Assembly: GCA_024405735.1 (NCBI GenBank)
Contig: JAKSOF010000004.1
Span: 44,817 to 108,816, forward strand
Reading direction: 5' to 3'
Source of the DNA: Victivallaceae bacterium
GTDB lineage: Bacteria; Verrucomicrobiota; Lentisphaeria; Victivallales; Victivallaceae
Length of the DNA stretch: 64,000 bases
Every line of letters begins with the position of its first letter. Position 1 is the stretch's first letter. Positions 55,208 through 64,000 of the stretch are shown in pieces. The notes under the pieces are model-generated. The model was not told the origin of the DNA, searched no databases, and worked only from the letters and a program-made list of their open reading frames with translations. The translations under genes were made by a program, and so were the position numbers.

Positions 55208-56455
55208 TCAGCCGATGAATTCGCGGTAGATCGAGATCGGCACGAGCGCCGACCAGCCGCAGAAATCGCGGTTGGCGTTGCCGCTCGGCACGTCGGAGCG
55301 GTCGGGGAGATAATTTTCCCAGATCGTGCCGGTCGATTCATAAAGGGAGGATACGGCGTTGTAGAAACGCTTCGCGAGATCGCGGGCAAGGGATTCCTCG
55401 TTGTATTCGCGCAAGCCGCGCAACACCATATACATCGTCGGCGCCCAGACGGGACCGCGCCAGTAGCCGTGCTCAAGGTCGAAATCAGGATCGTCGGCGG
55501 CGACCCCCGGAACGCCGCAGGGCAAGCCGAAGCGGTCGGGATTCTTGAGTTCGGAAATCAGCGCGGCGGCTTTTTCCTCATCGGCGACGTGAGAGATCAG
55601 CGCCCAGAATGCGCCGACGTGACGGCGCGACAAAAGACGATCCCCCAGCCGGTCAAAATAAAAATGTTTCTTTTCGTCAAAGCAAAGGTGATTGACATGA
55701 TCGGCGATCTCGCGGTGAAACGCGCGCATTTTTTCCGCCGCCGCAAGGTCGCCGCACCGCGTGGCGATCTCGGCAAGAACCCACGCGAAAAACGCCATCT
55801 GGCAACTGGTGTCGCACCAGCCGAGCTGACGATTCCAGTCAAAGTGAAACATCTCGTTCCACTTGAGGAGCGAAGCGAATTTTTTGTCGCCCTCGGCGCC
55901 GTCGAGCGCGATGATGTCGCGTCCGATCGCCATACCGCCGGGCGTCGCGCGGTCGGCAGGATCGTCCCAGCGGGGGATGTCGTCCATTCCGCTGCCCCAC
56001 ATATCGGTGAAAAAAAGTCCGTCGGCGCGGCGGTAGTTGGCAAAATTCCATTCAAACTGGCGCAACAAGTGCGGATAGACTTTTTTCAGCCGCCCGGGGA
56101 AAAGCCCCATTTTGTCCAATTCCAATTCCGCCCAGCCGAGCAGAGGCGGCGCGAAAGCGGTACCGTAACGCTTACCCCACAGATTTCTCCCGTCGGGCAG
56201 ATACTGGCGGCCGATAAAGCCGTCCTCCGACTGGAAACGGTAAAAATTATCGAGCGAATTTTCCACACAAAATTCCTGCGGGTAATACTTCGCCCACTGG
56301 ACGGAAAAAGCGGTGTCCCAGAGGAAAATATCGGTGAAACCGCCGCCCGTACCGAGGCGGGGGGCAAGCACGGTTTCCGGCGCGGCGCTCACCGTCACCA
56401 TTTTGCACCGGGCGATCTCCAGAGTCTTTCCGATCAGAAGTTCCGGCGTCATCAT
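55208..56455 (-). CDS. (alpha/alpha)6-barrel glycoside hydrolase, GH63/MGH1-like
   Basis: Start at the MM codons overlapping the upstream stop. LWDTAFSVQW, GSGMDDIPRWD, YWRGPVWAPTMYMVLRGL. Confidence 0.75.
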   Translation of the reverse strand: MMTPELLIGKTLEIARCKMVTVSAAPETVLAPRLGTGGGFTDIFLWDTAFSVQWAKYYPQEFCVENSLDNFYRFQSEDGFIGRQYLPDGRNLWGKRYGTAFAPPLLGWAELELDKMGLFPGRLKKVYPHLLRQFEWNFANYRRADGLFFTDMWGSGMDDIPRWDDPADRATPGGMAIGRDIIALDGAEGDKKFASLLKWNEMFHFDWNRQLGWCDTSCQMAFFAWVLAEIATRCGDLAAAEKMRAFHREIADHVNHLCFDEKKHFYFDRLGDRLLSRRHVGAFWALISHVADEEKAAALISELKNPDRFGLPCGVPGVAADDPDFDLEHGYWRGPVWAPTMYMVLRGLREYNEESLARDLAKRFYNAVSSLYESTGTIWENYLPDRSDVPSGNANRDFCGWSALVPISIYREFIG

Positions 56456-57405
56456 GCCGCAACTCCTTCCGAAATGCCCAAAAGGACGATCCCCGCCACG
56501 ATGACGGCGATGCAAAGATATTGACTGATGCGCAGTTTCTCCTTGAGGAAGACGCGCGAGAGCAAAATCGAGATGATGCAGTAGGCGGAAACCAGCGGCG
56601 CGACGAGGAGCGGCCTTGCCGCCAGGGCGTAAATATAGGCGACGTAGGCTGCCGTTTCACAGACGCCCGCCGCCATTTTCGGCATTTCCCGCACCGCAAA
56701 GAGATGATAGATCTTTTTGCGCCGGATGACGAGGATGAGATACGAGGCAACGCCGACGACGAGAAACATCAGGCAGTAAAGGCGGAAAAGGTCGATCTCG
56801 CCGATCGAATCCTCCTCCAGCATAATGCCGCCGACGACGGTATCGAGCGTATCGCCGAAACAGAAAATCAGCGGAAAAAGCAACGCCAGCGCGCCGAAGC
56901 GGTAACGGGTGTTTTCGTTGCGGATCTCCTTTCCGCGGTGAAAAAGATCACGCTGAACGACCGCCAGCGCGATCATTCCGCCGATGATGCAGACCGTCCC
57001 GGCAAGGTCAAGCAAAGACAATTCATCGCCGATGGAGGAAATTTTGCCCGTCGCGAGGAAATAGACGATCATAATGACCATCGGGAAGGCTCCGGAAGCG
57101 TTTTCGACCGGCGACATAATGGACATTTCAAGATAGCGCAAGCCGACGTTGCTCAACACCATCGTCGCCGCATAGGCAAGCGGCACGAGGAGAAAAAATT
57201 TGTTGCCGGCAACCAGCCGGAAAAGCGGCAAACCGCTTTCCGAAAGCGGAAAGAGCAACAACAGCGACAAACCCATGATCGCCCCGAGCCACGCGGCGAT
57301 CTTGTACTGGGCGTCGGCATCGTCGCGCTCCGCGCCGAATTTCAGGAAAACATCTTCGACGCCCCAACCGAGCATCGCAAGCAAAGTCAACCAGAACCAC
57401 GTCAT
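56452..57405 (-). CDS. DMT-superfamily (EamA/GRP-like) transporter
   Basis: 317 aa, ~10 TM helices, two-repeat layout. Confidence 0.7.
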   Translation of the reverse strand: MTWFWLTLLAMLGWGVEDVFLKFGAERDDADAQYKIAAWLGAIMGLSLLLLFPLSESGLPLFRLVAGNKFFLLVPLAYAATMVLSNVGLRYLEMSIMSPVENASGAFPMVIMIVYFLATGKISSIGDELSLLDLAGTVCIIGGMIALAVVQRDLFHRGKEIRNENTRYRFGALALLFPLIFCFGDTLDTVVGGIMLEEDSIGEIDLFRLYCLMFLVVGVASYLILVIRRKKIYHLFAVREMPKMAAGVCETAAYVAYIYALAARPLLVAPLVSAYCIISILLSRVFLKEKLRISQYLCIAVIVAGIVLLGISEGVAA

Positions 57406-57630
57406 TTCACGTCTCCCGACGTTGCGTTAATAAAGAAATCCATAATAAAACATAATATAAGTGCGGAAAAAGCGTTTTTCCAAAAATTTTTACGGGAAAT
57501 CGCAAAAGCCGGGAAAAAATGGAAAATGCGTTTCACCCATTTTCTGCACATTCACGGTAAAACTACAAACAAAAAATCTGATTTTATTTAAAATTTTTCA
57601 TTATTACCTGAAAAAGTTACATTTTTACCA

Positions 57631-57659
57631 TTGCGCCGAAACCGTCGCGGTGTTATAGT
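57631..57659 (+). promoter_or_regulatory. candidate promoter TTGCGC-N17-TATAGT
   Basis: Hexamers at 57631-57636 and 57654-57659. AAGGAG RBS before the ATG at 57687. Confidence 0.3.
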
Positions 57660-57686
57660 TAATGAGAAAGCATCAAAGGAGTTCTT

Positions 57687-59243
57687 ATGAAAGAGGAAAA
57701 TCTGCGCGGCGGGCAAATTTTCGCCTTTTCCGCGGCGGACGGCAAGACCGACTGGCTCGACGGTTTCGTCGGCCGTGTCAACGGCAGAATGCTTGAAATG
57801 AAACTGCCGACCGATGGCGGCGCACTGCTTTTTGACGAAAATCTTGACGGCATTTACGGCGATTGCTTCACGGCGGGAAAAACGCGCGGCGCACTCGCCG
57901 ACGCCTACAACCTCGTGATCGACGGCGATTTTATCAATGCGGGGATTTCCGGCGCCTTTCATATCGAAACGCGAAAAAACCGTACCGTCGTCGCCCCCGC
58001 GAAACACTTTGACGCATCGCTTTTTGACGCCGATTTCGAAACGATCTTTGCCGCCCGTAAAAAGTGGCTCGATACGCATTATACGGGAAACAACCCCGTT
58101 TTAAGGCGCGCGATCTCGCAACTAAAAACGCAACTTTGCTCGCCCTGCGGGAATTTGACTTCGCGCTGGACGACGCCCGACCGCTGGCCGCACCGCAATA
58201 TGTGGCTGTGGGATTCCGTCTTTCACGCGATGGCGTTGCGCCATATCGATCTTGATTTCGCAAAAGACGCGATCCGCGCGGTCTTCCTCGGTCAGGACGA
58301 AGCGGGCTTCATCCCCCACTTCGCGACGCCGGACGGCAAAAGCGCGGTCACCCAGCCCCCCGTGCTCGGTTACGGCATCGCCAAAATTCTGGAAAAAGCC
58401 GACGATCCCGATTTCCTCGCGGAAGTTTACCCCAAAAACAAAAAGTTCCTCGACTGGTGCGCGGCAAACCGCGATCAGGACGGCGGCGGTTTGCTGGAGT
58501 GGTTCATCGACGGGCGCCCTTTCTGCCGTTGCGGCGAAAGCGGGATGGACAATTCCAGCCGCTTCGACGCGGCGGCGCATCTTGACGCGACCGATTTCAA
58601 CGCCTTTTACGCAAGAGAATGTCAGATAATGGCGCGTTTCGCCCAAAAACTCGGCACTGCCGAAGACGCGGCGAATTGGCAGATGCGCGCCGACAAGGTC
58701 AACGCCCTGATGAATGAAAGGCTCTGGGACGAAACGCAAAATCTCTACGTCGATTACGACATTTATAAAAACTGCCGTTCGCAAGTGCTTTCCTCGGCGG
58801 GATTTCTGCCGTTGATTTCCGGCGCGCCGACTTTGGAAATGGCGAAAAAAATGGCAACGCTTTTGCGCGACCCGCAAAAATTCGGTACCGAACTTCCGAT
58901 CCCCTCCATCGCGCGCGATTCCAGTTGCTATTCGACCGATATGTGGCGCGGCCCCGTCTGGATCAACATCAATTTCATGGTCGCCGACGCGCTGAAACAA
59001 TACGGTCTTGCCGAACCCGGCGACGAGATCGTTCAGAAGACCCGCGCGGCGATCGAAAAGTATTTTCATATCTACGGCACTTTTTTTGAATACTACGACG
59101 CCGATGATGCACTGCCGCCCGTCAAACTTGCGCGCAAGGGGTACAACAGCCCCTATGAAGTCTATCACCAGCCGTTGCGCGACTACGGCTGGACGGCGAC
59201 GCTCTACATCGACAACTCTTTCAGCGAAGAGGTCAAAAAATGA
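57687..59243 (+). CDS. (alpha/alpha)6-barrel glycoside hydrolase, GH63/MGH1-like (paralog type 2)
   Basis: WLWDSVFHAMAL, PPVLGYG, ESGMDNSSRFD, WRGPVWININFMVADAL. Confidence 0.8.
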   Translation: MKEENLRGGQIFAFSAADGKTDWLDGFVGRVNGRMLEMKLPTDGGALLFDENLDGIYGDCFTAGKTRGALADAYNLVIDGDFINAGISGAFHIETRKNRTVVAPAKHFDASLFDADFETIFAARKKWLDTHYTGNNPVLRRAISQLKTQLCSPCGNLTSRWTTPDRWPHRNMWLWDSVFHAMALRHIDLDFAKDAIRAVFLGQDEAGFIPHFATPDGKSAVTQPPVLGYGIAKILEKADDPDFLAEVYPKNKKFLDWCAANRDQDGGGLLEWFIDGRPFCRCGESGMDNSSRFDAAAHLDATDFNAFYARECQIMARFAQKLGTAEDAANWQMRADKVNALMNERLWDETQNLYVDYDIYKNCRSQVLSSAGFLPLISGAPTLEMAKKMATLLRDPQKFGTELPIPSIARDSSCYSTDMWRGPVWININFMVADALKQYGLAEPGDEIVQKTRAAIEKYFHIYGTFFEYYDADDALPPVKLARKGYNSPYEVYHQPLRDYGWTATLYIDNSFSEEVKK

Positions 59244-60526
59244 AAGGTTTTCCCGCGCTTTCCGAGATCCCCTGCGAAAATGATTACGACGTCCTCGTCT
59301 GCGGTTCTGGGATGGGCGGCATCGCCGCAAGTTGCGCCGCTTCCGAAGCGGGATTGCGCGTCGGCGTGATCGAGTATTTCGGCGAACTCGGCGGCATCCC
59401 GGTCAACGGCGCGCTCGGTTCGATTTCCGGCTTTTCGCGGCAGGGCGTCGTCGCCGTGGCGGGCTTCGCGCGGCAATTCGCCGACAAGATCAATGCACGC
59501 GGCAAGGCTCTGGTGCAAAACGGCGGGCAAAACATCAATCTCGCGCCGACGGAGATCGGCGATTTCATCTGGGAACTCCTTGATTTTTACCGCATCGACG
59601 CATTGCTTTACACCCGGCTCGTCGCCGCCGTGACCGACGACGACGGATATATCACGGAAGTCGTCACCTCGGGCAAAGAGGGGCTTCGCCGCATCAAAGC
59701 GAAACTTTTTATCGACGCGACGGGCGACGGCGACCTCGCGGCGATGGCGGGTGCGCCCTTTGCGTACGGACGCGAGTCCGACGGCAAAGTGCAGAGCGCG
59801 ACGCTGATTTTCATTTTAGGCGGCATCGACCGGGAAAAAATGCCGTCTTACATGGACATCCGCCAAGTATGGAAATCCAAGGAACGCCCCGTCCCGATCA
59901 ACCACAGCGTCTTTCAATTCGTACCGCACAACGAAAACAGCAACGAGATCGCCGTCAATATGACGCACGCGCTCAACGCCGATCCGCTCTCGGCGCGGGG
60001 ATTGACAATGATCCGCCGCGAATGTATGAAACAAGCGCATTATCTTGTCGAAGAATTTTTCCGCAAGGAGATCCCCGGCTTTGAAAAGGCGTGGATCAGC
60101 CGCTTTGCGCCGCAAGTCGGGATCCGCGAAAGCCGCCGCATTCTGGGCGATTATCTCCTCACCGGGGACGATGTCGTTTCCGCGCGCCGCTTCGACGACG
60201 GGATCGCCTGCGGCATCTGGGGGATCGACGTGCACGATCCCGCGGGCGTCCATACCGGGATCAGCCGCAATCTGGAAAAATCCTACGGCATCCCCTACCG
60301 CGCTATCACCCCGAAATCTTTGAAAAATCTGTTGATGGCGTGCCGCGCCATTTCCGCCGACCACATCGCCATTTCGTCGAGCCGCATCAACGCGACCTGC
60401 ATGGCGGTCGGGGAAGCCGCCGGATGTGCCGCGCCGATGGCGATCGCTTCGGGCGACGTTCATCATATCGACGTCGCCGAACTGAAACGGAAAATTGAAA
60501 ACATGCAATATCATTGCTTCAAATAA
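59240..60526 (+). CDS. FAD-dependent oxidoreductase (FAD_oxidored family)
   Basis: YDVLVCGSGMGGIAASCAASEAG dinucleotide fold. ATGA overlap with the preceding hydrolase gene. Confidence 0.8.
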   Translation: MKGFPALSEIPCENDYDVLVCGSGMGGIAASCAASEAGLRVGVIEYFGELGGIPVNGALGSISGFSRQGVVAVAGFARQFADKINARGKALVQNGGQNINLAPTEIGDFIWELLDFYRIDALLYTRLVAAVTDDDGYITEVVTSGKEGLRRIKAKLFIDATGDGDLAAMAGAPFAYGRESDGKVQSATLIFILGGIDREKMPSYMDIRQVWKSKERPVPINHSVFQFVPHNENSNEIAVNMTHALNADPLSARGLTMIRRECMKQAHYLVEEFFRKEIPGFEKAWISRFAPQVGIRESRRILGDYLLTGDDVVSARRFDDGIACGIWGIDVHDPAGVHTGISRNLEKSYGIPYRAITPKSLKNLLMACRAISADHIAISSSRINATCMAVGEAAGCAAPMAIASGDVHHIDVAELKRKIENMQYHCFK

Positions 60527-60549
60527 CACAAAAAAAGGAGGAGCTTTCA

Positions 60550-62538
60550 ATGAATTTATCCATTTGGGACTGGGGGATCGTACTACTCTTTCTCGCAATG
60601 ATTTTTTTCTGCGTTTTTTACTTCAAACGCTATACCCGCAGCGTCAGCGACTTCATGGTCGCCAGCCGCCTCGCGGGACCCTATATGCTGACGATCGCCC
60701 CCGGCATCATCGGCGGTATCGGCATGATCGCGTCAGTCCAGGCGCATTACAACAACGGCTTTTCCTCCGGCTGGTGGAGCACTTTGATGATGCCGGTCAG
60801 TCTGATGCTGACCCTTTTCGGTTTCGTCAGTTACCGTCTGCGCCAGACGCGCGCGATGACCTTGTCGCAGTTTCTCGAAGCGCGCTACAGCCGGAAATTC
60901 CGCATTTTCGCCGGGATCCTCTGCTGGGTGAGCGGCGTCCTCAACTTCGGCGTATTCCCGATGGTGTCGGCGCGCTGTTTCATCTATCTGATGGGCTTGC
61001 CGGAAACGGTTCCGTGCGGCAATTTCGCGCTCCCCGTCTTTCCGCTGATGGTCTTTGCGCTCGTCGCGCTCCCCTGCCTCATCGCCTGCGTCGGCGGTCA
61101 GGTCGGAATTCTTTTTTCCGGATTTTTCATGAATCTGATCTCTTTCGCGCTCTGCCTCGTCTTTATGTATTTCATGCTCTACAAATTTCACTGGGGCACG
61201 ATCATTGAAGGACTGCATCAAGTCGAAAATCCCGATACGCAGAGCCTCGTCAATCCCTTCAAGGCGTTTGACGCCGACGGTTTCAACATCTGGTACTTCG
61301 TCATTCTGATGGCGTTCAACTCCTACACCCGCGGCTGCTGGCAGGGCGGCGGCGGATTCAGTATGGCGGCGAAAACGCCCCACGACGGACTGATGTCGGC
61401 GGTCATCATGCGCTGGCGCACCTACGCGCAGAATCTGATGCTCATTTTGCTGCCGCTCGGCGCCTACGCGATGTTTCATTTGCCGCAATTTGCCGAAATC
61501 GTCGCCCCCATCCGGGCGCAACTGGATGCGATCGGCGACAAGGCGGTCATCGATCAGGTGCGCATCCCGCTGCTTCTGACACGCATTCTCCCCGTCGGAA
61601 TGTTCGGACTTTTCATCGTGATGCTCCTCGCCGGAACCGTTTCCAGCGACGCAAGTTACGTCCACAGCTGGGGAACGATCCTCATTCAGGACATCATCAT
61701 GCCTTTCCGCAAAAAACCCTTTGAGGCAAAAGAGCATCTGCTTTATCTGCGATTGGGCATTCTGGGAGTCGGGATCTTCAGTTTTCTCTGGAGCGTCCTT
61801 TTCCCGCTCAAAGATTTCATCAGCATGTACTTTATGATCACCGGTGCCATCTACATGGGCGGCGCGGGCGCCGTCGTCATCGGCGGACTTTACTGGAAAC
61901 GCGGTTCGACCTATGCCGCGTGGACGGCTTTGATCGTCGGCACGATCGTCTGCATCGTCGGTCTCGGCTGCCAGAGTTTCTGGAATTACGTTTATCCCGC
62001 TCTGCACAATGCTTTCCCCGATTGGGCATATCTCGCGGAAAATGCCAGGAAATTCCCGATCCCGTCGCATATCACCACGTTTATCGCGATGTGTGCATCC
62101 ATTGCAAGTTATATTCTCGTTTCGCTTCTCGGACCGAAACACGTCCACAATATGGATAAACTGCTCCACCGCGGCGAATACGCCTGCGGCGACACCGTCG
62201 CCCCGGTGCAGAAACCCAAGTTCACCTGGGCGCGCCTTTTCGGCGTCACGCCAGAGCATACCCGTTTCGAGCGGAATCTGATGTACGCTTCGTTTTCCAT
62301 CACAATGGCGGACTGGATCGTTTTCGCCGTCGTCACGCTCCTCGCGCTGACGATGCCGTTATCCGATCACTTCTGGGAGGAACTTGAATTCTGGCGCAAA
62401 ATTCCGCTTTACGCCATTCTCGGCACGGTTTGCACCATCTGGATCGTCGGCGGCGGCATCCGCGACGCCTTCCGTCTGATCAAAGATCTGCGCGCCTACA
62501 AGGAAGACCAATCCGACGACGGTTTCGTCGAAGAATAG
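60550..62538 (+). CDS. sodium:solute symporter (SSF) family transporter
   Basis: The ATG at 60550 follows AAGGAGGAG. ~13-14 TM helices with SVSDFMVASR near the N-terminus, typical of SSF. Confidence 0.88.
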   Translation: MNLSIWDWGIVLLFLAMIFFCVFYFKRYTRSVSDFMVASRLAGPYMLTIAPGIIGGIGMIASVQAHYNNGFSSGWWSTLMMPVSLMLTLFGFVSYRLRQTRAMTLSQFLEARYSRKFRIFAGILCWVSGVLNFGVFPMVSARCFIYLMGLPETVPCGNFALPVFPLMVFALVALPCLIACVGGQVGILFSGFFMNLISFALCLVFMYFMLYKFHWGTIIEGLHQVENPDTQSLVNPFKAFDADGFNIWYFVILMAFNSYTRGCWQGGGGFSMAAKTPHDGLMSAVIMRWRTYAQNLMLILLPLGAYAMFHLPQFAEIVAPIRAQLDAIGDKAVIDQVRIPLLLTRILPVGMFGLFIVMLLAGTVSSDASYVHSWGTILIQDIIMPFRKKPFEAKEHLLYLRLGILGVGIFSFLWSVLFPLKDFISMYFMITGAIYMGGAGAVVIGGLYWKRGSTYAAWTALIVGTIVCIVGLGCQSFWNYVYPALHNAFPDWAYLAENARKFPIPSHITTFIAMCASIASYILVSLLGPKHVHNMDKLLHRGEYACGDTVAPVQKPKFTWARLFGVTPEHTRFERNLMYASFSITMADWIVFAVVTLLALTMPLSDHFWEELEFWRKIPLYAILGTVCTIWIVGGGIRDAFRLIKDLRAYKEDQSDDGFVEE

Positions 62539-62557
62539 CGTCCCAAACACAAAACAA

Positions 62558-62603
62558 GGGGCGGTTGCAAAACCTTGAGGGAAAAGCAACTGCCCTTTTT
62601 GTA
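62558..62603 (+). terminator. rho-independent terminator after the SSF gene
   Basis: GGGCGGTTGC (62559-62568), 17-nt loop, GCAACTGCCC (62586-62595, one G-U), followed by TTTTTGTAT. Confidence 0.65.
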
Positions 62604-62613
62604 TCATCATGAC

Positions 62614-62635
62614 GCAATGGGTGCAAGAGGGCGCT
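62614..62635 (+). repeat. 22-nt motif GCAATGGGWGCAAGAGGGCGCT, second copy (first at 9260-9281)
   Basis: 21/22 identity between the two loci. Both copies lie just downstream of plus-strand operons and run into GC-rich hairpins. Confidence 0.7.
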
Positions 62636-62839
62636 TCCGTCTTCGCCCTGCGGGCTACGCCGTGACAAGCCGCCCGCCCGACTGCCCGGACCGCGACTGG
62701 TTTAGTCCGTACTCAAACACAAGGGGAGAAGTCATCAGGACGAAAATTGAAAAATATTTTCCCGGGGTATCGAAAATTCCCGGATCAAGATATATATTGA
62801 ATACGTTGCCGAGTTTTGGCGGTGACTGGGAGCAATACT

Positions 62840-63802
62840 ATGATATCCGGATGGAGTGGAAAAAAGAACCCTTTGCTTTGCCTTTTTGCGCTGTTTTTCA
62901 TCCTTTTTTCGGGATGCGATGATGCGCCGATACGCCCGGGAGAAGGATTTTACTCCTATCAGGGATACCGCGACTGGTGGCGGATCCCATTGCGTTTCCC
63001 TTATCAAATCAAAATAATCGATTCGTTTGATCGCGGCTTTCTGGAAAAATACGATCCGAATTCACGGATCGGGAATGCGTCCTGCGATGTGCTTGAAAAA
63101 GACATCACGGAAGCCGGATTTTGCGACGAATTCACGGTCTTTAAACGGCAAAACGGGCAAAACACTTACGGCATCATTTTTCATGATTCAGGAGAAATCA
63201 AATTTTTTTCAAATCAGGAGGAAGTTGCGGCGTTTGCCAAACAAAAAATTTCCGACGCCTCGATCCCGCCCATGATGGGTCTTAAAAAGTTTTACGATTC
63301 ACGGTGGGGGAACATTGCCGAAATTCAAAAAAACGATCCGCAAAAACTTTATTATCCGGAAAGCGATCTGTCTCCGGCACGCCCGGGAGAAGGATTTTAC
63401 TCTTATCGGGGATACCGCGACTGGTGGCGGATCCCATTGCGTTTCCCCTATCAAATCAAAATAATGGATTCGTTCAAGTCCGGCGGAAAAATTGAAAAAT
63501 ATGACCGGCACACGTTGCTCGTCGCGCCGCAAAAAGTCCTTGCCGCAAACATCACGGAAATCGGCTACGAAAGCTCATTCGCCGTATTCAAAGCAAAAAC
63601 GCCAAAAGATCCTTACGGCATCCTCATTTATGCGTCCGGTGAAACGATCTTTTTCCCGACAGAGGAGAAACTTGCGGAATTTGTCAAACGAAATTATGAC
63701 ACACCGTTGCCGGAATTGGTCAATCTTGAAATTTTTTACCGCTTGATGTGGCAGGCACTCGACCATCTCCGGCAAACCGATCCGCAAAAGCTTATTTACT
63801 GA
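62840..63802 (+). CDS. lipoprotein made of two ~150-aa internal repeats (DUF3997-like, hypothetical)
   Basis: Lipobox FSGC. RPGEGFYSY(Q/R)GYRDWWRIPLRFPYQIKI(I/M)DSF occurs twice, 149 codons apart. Confidence 0.7.
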   Translation: MISGWSGKKNPLLCLFALFFILFSGCDDAPIRPGEGFYSYQGYRDWWRIPLRFPYQIKIIDSFDRGFLEKYDPNSRIGNASCDVLEKDITEAGFCDEFTVFKRQNGQNTYGIIFHDSGEIKFFSNQEEVAAFAKQKISDASIPPMMGLKKFYDSRWGNIAEIQKNDPQKLYYPESDLSPARPGEGFYSYRGYRDWWRIPLRFPYQIKIMDSFKSGGKIEKYDRHTLLVAPQKVLAANITEIGYESSFAVFKAKTPKDPYGILIYASGETIFFPTEEKLAEFVKRNYDTPLPELVNLEIFYRLMWQALDHLRQTDPQKLIY

Positions 63803-63920
63803 TCCCCCCTTGGGAAATCACCTGAAAACAGGTCACGCTAAAGGTTTTCCGGCATCGTCCCCTTTCGGGCAGACGTGATATTCATACCCCGTCAGCAAAG
63901 CGCAAAAAAGAAGCGCGGCG

Positions 63921-64000
63921 ATGGATATTTTTGTTTTTAATTTCTATGAAATCCCGGATCTATTGCGCCAGATTAAGCGTCGGCTGCTCGGCATTATTCT
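63921..64000 (+). CDS. possible 5' end of a gene running off the right edge
   Basis: ATG at 63921 with an open frame to the window end (MDIFVFNFYEIPDLLRQIKRRLLGII...). Too short to judge. Confidence 0.2.
   Translation, partial: MDIFVFNFYEIPDLLRQIKRRLLGII

Noticed and set aside
63803-63920. Possible small gene or RNA in the last intergenic stretch
   Set aside because: Only very short ORFs and 3-4-bp stems are present. Nothing is supportable this close to the window edge.

Overview
Gene-dense, high-GC chromosomal segment with about 60 protein genes. I found no rRNA, tRNA, CRISPR array, integrase or transposase. Most of it is core metabolism and housekeeping of an anaerobe. A DUF1559 prepilin-like protein and a GxxExxY gene suggest the PVC superphylum (Lentisphaerota/Kiritimatiellota/Verrucomicrobiota-like); that placement is inference only.

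Main blocks:
- purU, xseA, hflX.
- A tightly packed minus-strand run hisS-adk-map-infA-ackA-pta-rnc-adh, plus a monocistronic HU gene.
- A complete rnfABCDGE cluster.
- birA next to an oxaloacetate-decarboxylase Na+ pump (oadGAB), and a ymdB-ribBA-ldcA-CDF operon.
- Carbohydrate genes: two tandem CE7 esterases, a GH36-like enzyme, and two GH63/MGH1-like hydrolases with FAD-oxidoreductase, SSF and DMT transporters.

I see no recognisable defence island or clearly new multi-gene system. The least ordinary part is the AT-rich GxxExxY (PD-(D/E)XK-like) gene at 32.6-33.5 kb. It is bracketed by ~52-nt inverted arms that contain the stop codons of both flanking convergent genes, and preceded by a 164-bp tandem repeat built from 77-nt hairpins.

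Other items worth a look:
- A Zn-ribbon protein with an extreme Asp/Glu/Phe tail.
- A ~1230-aa secreted TPR/coiled-coil protein translationally coupled to hflX.
- An XRE-cupin domain fused to an acyl-CoA synthetase.
- Unusual N-terminal additions on a Na/Pi transporter and on OadB.
- Structured GC-rich elements in the 9.2-9.6 kb and 62.6 kb intergenic regions.

All functional calls rest on by-eye motif recognition in the translated ORFs. No database search was possible.
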